Shown piece by piece: positions 63,332 to 64,000 of a DNA stretch of 64,000 bases. The stretch is taken from positions 1 through 64,000 of the IMG/VR virus record IMGVR_UViG_3300033067_001837. The stretch is one strand, 5' to 3'. The notes beneath the pieces are model-generated. The model did not search any database. It was not told where the DNA came from and saw nothing but the letters and a program-made list of their open reading frames with translations. The position numbers and the translations under genes are program-made. The DNA is from a virus. Taxonomy: Duplodnaviria > Caudoviricetes. How positions within the stretch are numbered: the first letter of the stretch is position 1; each line of letters begins with the position of its first letter.

Positions 63332-64000
63332 TAATGTCCGACGCTTGCTGTTCTGTATGATCTACGGAGTTCGCCATTAACACTTGTCGCAGCCCGTCAT
63401 GAACACAATAGGCGAGTACGCCCTGCTCACTATTCCCAGCGCTATACCTCTCCTGCGTAGTGCGAACCAGAATACCTCCCGGCTTCCCAACACAGAGATA
63501 CCCATCCCGATCTAAAAACGCACACTGGCGAGAGGGAAAAGAACCTTGCCCCAGGAATAAATCATAAGGAACTTCCAGGACTGACCCTCGAGCCGCTCCA
63601 ACACTGGCGACCGGGCGCTGCGTCATTTCGTAAGCATTACTGCCCTGTAGATAATAGATTCTATCCGCCAGGCCCACATAGATTCCGTCCTCGGCGGCTC
63701 CTAATAATTGAATCGATGATTCAAACTGGTAGAATCCACGCGACGGAAAAACACAGTGCGGGGATAATTCGCTGGTAAACCATAATACGTTCCCAGTCGC
63801 GCACCACAGCCGCCCTTTAAACGCTACCAAGCACTGCCCAGCAAACGGGCGAACCGCATAAAGACCTTCCAACCGTTTACCAATGGGTGCGTTACTCAAC
63901 AGCACCGTTGTAGCCTGTGGGGCGATAACAGCCTGCCGCAACAACTCGACTGGCCCGTTTTGTTCAGTTCGATAAATCGCAAAATTCACCCCGGATGCTG
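63285..64000 (-). CDS. Putative tail tubular/stabilization protein (5' end beyond window)
   Basis: FKGRLW...LWFTSEL...DGIYVG beta-propeller-like. Confidence 0.55.
   Translation of the reverse strand, partial: ASGVNFAIYRTEQNGPVELLRQAVIAPQATTVLLSNAPIGKRLEGLYAVRPFAGQCLVAFKGRLWCATGNVLWFTSELSPHCVFPSRGFYQFESSIQLLGAAEDGIYVGLADRIYYLQGSNAYEMTQRPVASVGAARGSVLEVPYDLFLGQGSFPSRQCAFLDRDGYLCVGKPGGILVRTTQERYSAGNSEQGVLAYCVHDGLRQVLMANSVDHTEQQASDIIVSEVFANGVALNAI

Noticed and set aside
1-64000. CRISPR array associated with IscB
   Set aside because: No regularly spaced repeat-spacer array seen; the hairpin repeats are dispersed
1-64000. Stop-codon reassignment
   Set aside because: Conserved genes are intact in the standard code and end in TAA, TAG and TGA

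Overview
A 64-kb segment of a large, probably temperate, podovirus-like phage or prophage; the H-NS, ProQ, DnaN and sigma70-type promoters suggest a proteobacterial host (inference). The left part (1-14 kb, mostly - strand) is a replication module: an intein-containing T7-gp4/Twinkle-like primase-helicase missed by the ORF track, an initiator with iterons, an SF1 helicase with three inteins, and an AT-rich island of two orphan methyltransferases. The middle (14-31 kb, + strand) holds early and accessory genes: RecE-like exonuclease with a putative annealing protein, Xis, a captured DGR-type target gene, an intein-split RNA ligase, H-NS, tRNA-Tyr abutting an omegaRNA-IscB unit, DnaN, ProQ/FinO, three Y-RNA-like genes followed by Ro60/TROVE, and two C4-RNA-controlled antirepressor-like genes. 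The right part (31-64 kb, - strand) encodes virion proteins, including a 5971-aa polyvalent protein and tail genes. Main highlights: (i) a phage Ro60 plus triple Y-RNA array, one RNA resembling a permuted tRNA-Lys, alongside an RNA ligase; (ii) an intein whose endonuclease is overprinted in another frame; (iii) an IscB that lacks its transposon-end hairpins, with its omegaRNA fused to a tRNA; (iv) a DGR target inserted in frame between TCTGAC repeats; (v) a 19-bp palindromic operator at nine promoter regions; (vi) a candidate anti-Shine-Dalgarno sRNA. All calls come from motif reading by eye; no searches were run.
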